DNA from: Welwitschia mirabilis
Lineage: Eukaryota
DNA: 58,637 nucleotides
Reading direction: 5' to 3'
Assembly: GCA_051453625.1 (NCBI GenBank)
Contig: JBOZIK010000001.1
Location: 7,496,873-7,555,509, forward strand
Program-made: the position numbers and the translations under genes
Notes under the pieces: generated by a model
Database searches by the model: none
What the model saw: the letters and a program-made list of their open reading frames with translations, nothing else
Told to the model about the DNA's origin: nothing
In this document: positions 52,151 through 58,637 of the stretch, in pieces
Position numbering within the stretch: position 1 is the first letter of the stretch
Layout: every line of letters begins with the position of its first letter

Positions 52151-54299
52151 AATGATAATGGAGTTTTTGGATCATGTTATATATCTTCTTGCAACTTCCT
52201 CATGGTAAAACTATGGTTCATATTGAGATTTTTATTATGTTGAGGCTTGTTCTTTCCCTCTAGAAGTTTTAACTTTCTTTCTTTTAGTTATTTTTATAAG
52301 ATACAATAAGAAACTAACCAAAAATGAACTAAAATATAAGAAATTATAAAATAATATGTACATATTCAAGAGAAAACTTAGTTCTTTCTTATTGTTAAGA
52401 TATCTTAAAGGTCTAAGACATCTTGATAGAGAAATATAAGAAAATGAAGCCTAAAAAATCTTATAATAGATACCTGTGGAGTGGGGACTTAAAAATGAGA
52501 TCAAATGATACCTTTTGTAGATAAAAAGGGTTAAAACCTTAGGTTTTGGAATGTTTTTAATTTCCACAATAGTACACTTAAAATGCATACAACCTAAAAG
52601 ATGTTTAAAATGTAGAAAGTAGACATTAGAAAAATCAAAGATATCTTTTATTTAAAAATTTTCAAAACATTTTTTTGCTATTAAGATACCTACAAAAATT
52701 AAGATGTGTATTTTAAAAAATTAAAATAATATACTTTCCCTTCAAATATGTATGTAAAAGTTAAGATGTCTTTTCAAAAGGTGTCTATAAAACTAAATAA
52801 ATATGCAATGAAAGTTCCAAAAACATTAGAAAATATCTACAACTAATACAATCATAATCATAACACTTCAAAAAAGTAAATAACAAGCACATAATTCATA
52901 TTTCAACTACTACTAACTAATAATATTAATTCATAAGATAACTTTAATGTAAAGTTAAGAATTTAAAAGATATTACTTTTTTAGTTACTTGATTAAACAA
53001 GGTTCAATCTCAAAGTTCCTATATAACTTCATGTATATTTTTATACCTTCTAATTTTAAGGTCTCATTGTTAAGTAGATTACTAGTGCTTTGTGTTGTAT
53101 TATCATTGTTGTGCCTTGAGTGTTTATTATTAATGTGTTAATCATGCTTATTCTTAGTTTTGAGTTTAGTTTGTGCTATGAGATCTAGTTTTACTTTTGA
53201 TATCCAAAATTTTCGTAATTTATCCTATATAAAATGTTGTACCATTCTATAAGGCCTCTTGACATTATTAGGATAATATCTATTCTATATTTCATTAGAA
53301 ATTTATACTAATAATGATATCTTTGTAACGATAATACCAAATCTTCATACATTAGCTTATAGTTCATTTTTCAAATAGAGAGGCTAAAGTACTAGTTGTG
53401 GCTTCTGCATTATGCAAGCATGATGTTCAAAGTTTTCTTACCTTACATAAATTTTTCAATGATTTTTTAGAGCTGAGATTTTAGAGAATAATTTTTTGTA
53501 AGCATCCTTTACTTGTTCATATGCTTCTTCATGAATATAAAGTAGCTTTTTCATCTTAGTGTATAATTTTTAANNNNNNNNNNNNNNNNNNNNNNNNNNN
53601 NNNNNNNNNNNNNNNNNNNNNNNNNNNNNNNNNNNNNNNNNNNNNNNNNNNNNNNNNNNNNNNNNNNNNNNNNTTATAATTTTTGTGCCTTTATTGTTAA
53701 TTATTAATGTTTTAATCATGCTTATTCTCATTTTTGATTTTAGTTTATGCTATGAGATCTAGTTTTACTTGTGATATCTAAAATTTTCTTAATTTATCAT
53801 ATATAAAATGTTGTACCATTCTATAAGGCCTTTTGACATTATTAGTATAATATATATTTCATATTTCATTAGACATCTATACTCATAATGATCTCTTTGT
53901 GACAATAATACCAAATCTTCATACATTGGCTTATAGTTCCATTTTTCAAATAGAGAGGCTAAAGTACTAGTTGTGGCTTTTGCATTGTCCAAGCATGATA
54001 TTCAAAGTTTTCTTACCTTACATAAATTTTTCAATGATTTTTTAGAGTTGAGATTTTAGAGAATAATTTTTTATAAGCATCCTTTACTTGTTCATATGCT
54101 TCTTCATGAATATAAAGTAGCTTTTTCATCTTAGTGTATAATTTTTAAAGATTGATAAACTATTTACAAATTACAATTCTATTTTTAAATACTTATACCT
54201 GTATCATCTTTACTTTATAAATCATACACTTCTTATGACTCATTATCTTTTTCTTAAAAGTGTGTAATATGTATGTAAGAAGGATGTGATTTCTCATCA

Positions 54300-55280
54300 T
54301 TATATGTTTCTTCTTCCATTATCTCTTCATCATAATTTAAATCTATAAAAAATGATTTCTTCTTATTAGTTCTTTATTTTGTTTATTATCTTGTAATCTA
54401 TTAGTAGTAGGACATTTTGAGGCTATATATTCTCATCCTCTACATATCTAACATTCTACTTTTGAAATATCAAGAAAAGAAGTATTATTAGAAGACTTAC
54501 CACTAGGCTTACCTTTAGTTGGAAAACTAGATGATTTTATCTTTTTCTTGTTCTTTCTCTACCTTTTCTTTTGATCTCTGATTCATGTGTTCGCTTGTTT
54601 TAAGTGCAATAGATTTTTCATTCAATGCTTCATCATGTATAAGATTCATTTCATATGCTCTAAGAGCTCTCTATAGCTCTTATATCTTCATTGTATTGAA
54701 ACATCGAGACTCTTTCATAGCTATAGTTTTGAACCTATAATCAGGGGTTAGAGATCTAACAAATTTTTTTGTTACATTTTCTTATGGAAGATCTTCTCTA
54801 ATGTTATGTATTACATTTACAATGTTGAAAACTCTAGTAAAATACTTGTGAACTCTTTCTTCATATTCATTTAATATTCTCAAATTACTTTATCTATATT
54901 AAAAGCTTTAATTTTTTCACAATAAAAGTGCCTTCATATGTTCCAACTAGAACATTCCAAATTTCATGTGCTATCTTAAAACCTACTATTCTTTTGAATT
55001 CTTCTATAGTTAAAGTATAAAAAAGTATACTTTTAACTTTAGAATCATGCATAAAAGTATCTTTTTATTCATGTTTTCAAACTTTACTTTTCTTGATTTG
55101 AGTAATGGTATTGCCTATATAATTTGTTATGGTTTTCATAGGATCTATGTAGCCTTGTTCTATGCTTTAACATACTTAAAACTCAAAGACTATAAGTACA
55201 CTAACATCCTCACCTTCCAATAGGCATAGTTTCTTCCATCAAGCAATAAAGGTCTAACAGATGACATCCCTTTCATTATT
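54300..55280 (-). pseudogene. gag: SIRE-type gag remnant
   Basis: GMSSVRPLLLDGRNYAYWKVRM; EEFKRI...AHEIWNVLVGTYEGTFIVKK; KKFVRSL...KTIAMKES...EL*RALRAYEM. Confidence 0.85.
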
Positions 55281-55314
55281 TACTTAAGAAAATTACTTTT
55301 TTTCATGAGTACTT

Positions 55315-55326
55315 GCTCTAATACCA
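55315..55326 (-). promoter_or_regulatory. tRNA-iMet primer-binding site (1 mismatch)
   Basis: gctctaatacca is TGGTATTAGAGC on the minus strand, 2 nt from the LTR end at 55329. Confidence 0.9.
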
Positions 55327-55328
55327 CT

Positions 55329-57616
55329 TGATAATCATTAAACGTAGAGGGGAGGAATGAATGAGTTTCACCAAATAAAAATTTAGATAAATAACAAAAT
55401 GAAAATGCACAATAAAAACATCTTAACAAGATAATGTGGTTTCCCAACCTGGGTACATCTACACATAGAGGGTAGCTTCTACTTACACTTCTAAATATTC
55501 TTAATCTGTAAGAAAATAGTGGTTTTCTTATGCACCACTGACCTTACAACAAATAAAATTCTCCTTAAAATATAACATGCTTTACATTACAAGTAAATAG
55601 TGGTTTTCACAAGAATACCAAACCTTATAATAGTGAAAGTCTCCTCACAAGCTAAGACTTTCTTTCCCATAAGGAAATAGTGGTTTTCATGGGTGCACCA
55701 CAAACCTTACAATAATAAGACTATTCTCACAAGGTAGCACTATCTTTATTACAAGGAAATAATTATTTTCTAGCTCACTAATGACCTTACAACAAGCAAG
55801 TACTCATAGGCACTATCTTAAATGCACACCCATATAAGGATTTCCTTACAAAATGTTTAATATTTAAGAATGAACTTATAATAATATTTAAAANNNNNNN
55901 NNNNNNNNNNNNNNNNNNNNNNNNNNNNNNNNNNNNNNNNNNNNNNNNNNNNNNNNNNNNNNNNNNNNNNNNNNNNNNNNNNNNNNNNNNNNNNNNNNNN
56001 NNNNNNNNNNNNNNNNNNNNNNNNNNNNNNNNNNNNNNNNNNNNNNNNNNNNNNNNNNNNNNNNNNNNNNNNNNNNNNNNNNNNNNNNNNNNNNNNNNNN
56101 NNNNNNNNNNNNNNNNNNNNNNNNNNNNNCTTACAATAGTGAAAGTCTCCTCATAAGATAATACTTTCTTTTTCAAAAGGAAATAGTGGTTTTCATGGGT
56201 GCACCACAAACCCTACAATAGTAGCACTATCCTCACAAGATAGCACTATCTTCATTACAAGGAAATAATTATTTTCTAGCTTACTAATAACCTTACAATA
56301 AGCAAGTACTCATAGGTAATATCTCAAATGAACACCCATATAAGGTTTTCATTACAAAATGTTTAATATTTAAGAATGAACTTACAACAATATTTAAAAA
56401 TAAGATCATCCATAATGTATAATAAAAAATATAATATAACAATAAGCCTAAAGATATAGCTTTGATAAATATTTGAGATTCTTGATGTTGTTATTATCAT
56501 CACATGTTAATAAAGATTATAAGAATCAAGATCCAATAGTAAATAATGAAAGCAATACAAGCTTCTTTATAAATGATGCATTTGATTTTTCATGAAAGTT
56601 CCTTTCACTAATTCATTCATTGTTATTCATTTGATTATTATGTGTTAAAATTTAAAATCTAAGTATTTTTTGAGGTTTTAAAAGTTATAAAATGATTCAT
56701 GATATTGAGGCTTTATATGGCCAAATGAAATCTAACCATTTGAACTTGAGAAGTAGTTTTTTTAACTTTGTAATCCCTATGCAAAAAATAGGACATGTCT
56801 AGGCATTAGATATGTAACTTTGATTTTTATTAATATGAACTTTGAGCTGAGATGTATTTAGTTTTGTAGATGTCTACTAATAGTTAGACATCTTCAACTT
56901 GTAGGCATCTTCAATTAAGTTTCCTAGATTTTAATGAAAATTTTATTTATAGTATCCTTTGACCTTCAAGATCATGAAACTATGATGTGTAATTTCATAA
57001 CTTATCTAAAATATAGAATAAAATTCAAAAAATAAATTGACTTTATTACCTATTTTAGTTTTATAAAGATGTTTTAAAACATGTAGATGTATTCATCTAT
57101 GTCAAGTTCAACTTTTAACAAAGTTATCTTGAATAAGATAGTCATGTTTTAACCCATGACTAAAATTCTGGTACATCTAGGATGTCTTCAATTTNNNNNN
57201 NNNNNNNNNNNNNNNNNNNNNNNNNNNNNNNNNNNNNNNNNNNNNNNNNNNNNNNNNNNNNNNNNNNNNNNNNNNNNNNNNNNNNNNNNNNNNNNNNNNN
57301 NNNNNNTTATAGTATCCTTTAATCTTCAAGATCATGAAAATATGATGTGTAAGTTCATAAATTACCTAAAATATAAGATAAAATTCAAAAAAAATTGACT
57401 TTATTACCTATTTCAGTTTTATAAAGATGTTTTGAAACATGTAGATGTATTCATCTATGTCAAGTTCAACTTTTAACAAAGTTATCTTAAATAAGGTAGT
57501 CATATTTTAACCCATGACTTGAATTCTAGTACATCTAAGATGTCTTCACTTTCCTAGACATCTTAACTAGAGACATATTTAATTTTCTAGATGTCTTTAA
57601 ATAATTAACTTTGTAT
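55329..57616 (-). repeat. SIRE 5' LTR (gapped, with internal duplicates)
   Basis: Colinear homology to 45741-46887. Contains ~80-bp tandem units and AGAYRTCT palindrome clusters. Confidence 0.8.
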
Positions 57617-58079
57617 NNNNNNNNNNNNNNNNNNNNNNNNNNNNNNNNNNNNNNNNNNNNNNNNNNNNNNNNNNNNNNNNNNNNNNNNNNNNNNNNNNNN
57701 NNNNNNNNNNNNNNNNNNNNNNNNNNNNNNNNNNNNNNNNNNNNNNNNNNNNNNNNNNNNNNNNNNNNNNNNNNNNNNNNNNNNNNNNNNNNNNNNNNNN
57801 NNNNNNNNNNNNNNNNNNNNNNNNNNNNNNNNNNNNNNNNNNNNNNNNNNNNNNNNNNNNNNNNNNNNNNNNNNNNNNNNNNNNAGGTAAACAAGGTAAA
57901 CCTACAGAACTTCTCCAACCACTTAGATTGTCAAAATGAAAATGAAAGGAAATCATAATAGATTTCATCACTAGAATACATCTTACTAAGAAATAACACA
58001 ATGTTATTTTTATATGCATTAATAAATTGACTAAGACATCTTACTTTATTTTAGTGAAGAAATATGTCTTTTCATCACT

Positions 58080-58389
58080 AGTATCATTTGGATGACTAGG
58101 TGGATGATAGTCTTTTCTTTATCCTCTAGTCTCCTAATCATCATTCATCATTCTACATTAGATTCATAATACTTTGGATAAGTTAGAAAGTGTGAAATAT
58201 GTCAGAATAGTGTTCATTAGTTCTAAACTTAATGTTTTGTATAATTATCCTAATTGAGATTTAGATTCTTTCTATTTGACTTTAAAACCTATTAAATATA
58301 CTTGAAATATATTCTAGACATGATTTTAAATATTAACAATTGGACTTATAACTTAGTCATCCACTAAGTGTTTGTTAGTCCCTGATAAA
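58080..58389 (-). mobile_element. Athila-related PPT region + start of a 3' LTR
   Basis: 58354-58389 tagtcatccactaagtgtttgttagtccctga matches the PPT region at 19260-19295. 58080-58333 is inverted-homologous to 27898-28150. Confidence 0.7.
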
Positions 58390-58637
58390 AAAAGTGAAAA
58401 AGGATATAAGCAAGCTAAATGGAAAAAAGTATTAAACATAATACTCAAGCATAAAAGATCTTATATTATTAAACAAAGAGTCTATATTAAAAAGATATTA
58501 TACTTTAACATCATGAGAAAGATATGTATTCAATTTACAATTTATTATTTTAGATCTATGAAAAACATATTTTGATTAAAAAATTTCTTTCAATTAAAGC
58601 CAATCTTTTGAGCATTTCAAATATTTCATCTCCATAA

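Larger units (their letters stand above)
45741..57616 (-). mobile_element. SIRE (Sirevirus)-type Ty1/copia element, gag present, no pol recognised; right end lies in or after a gap
   Basis: Two homologous long LTRs carry the SIRE terminal motif (plus-strand ggggagggatgaatgag, approximately the reverse complement of ATTCACCCCCCTCT). An iMet PBS and a SIRE-type gag are present. It is uncertain whether both LTRs come from one insertion. Confidence 0.65.

Noticed and set aside
524-58019. Long ORFs in the ORF track made mostly of X
   Set aside because: They are artefacts of reading through N gaps.

Overview
Eukaryotic, almost certainly plant, heterochromatin-type DNA from a gappy draft assembly. 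It is very AT-rich (roughly a quarter GC by eye, not computed) and nearly free of CpG. I find no intact protein-coding gene, rRNA, tRNA or CRISPR array. The window is a nest of heavily decayed LTR retrotransposons. (1) Several Athila-type Ty3/gypsy pieces: ~1.3-1.4 kb LTRs, a decayed tRNA-Asp PBS, and gag/PR/RT and integrase remnants. (2) Chromovirus pieces: a Tekay-like integrase+chromodomain, a Tekay-like gag-PR-RT-RH, a CRM-like RT-RH-INT and a smaller gag+chromodomain remnant. (3) One structurally complete but dead Ty1/copia at 30138-39328 (-). (4) A SIRE-type copia from 45741 to >57600 (-) with gag but no visible pol. Many 100-N gaps are flanked by diverged duplicate copies of the same sequence, probably two haplotypes scaffolded in tandem. 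The most unusual signal is a ~1 kb array (41418-42412) of about 52 units with a 20-bp period and a 97-bp higher-order period. Each unit has a ~12-nt core, reconstructible as the palindrome CGACGTCG+CACT, plus a variable ~8-nt spacer, and the array lies just upstream of a gypsy gag-pol. Phased AGACGTCT palindromes with the same GACGTC core occur in both copia LTR families. All domain and lineage calls come from manual motif reading across stops and frameshifts, and boundaries are approximate unless a terminal motif is quoted.
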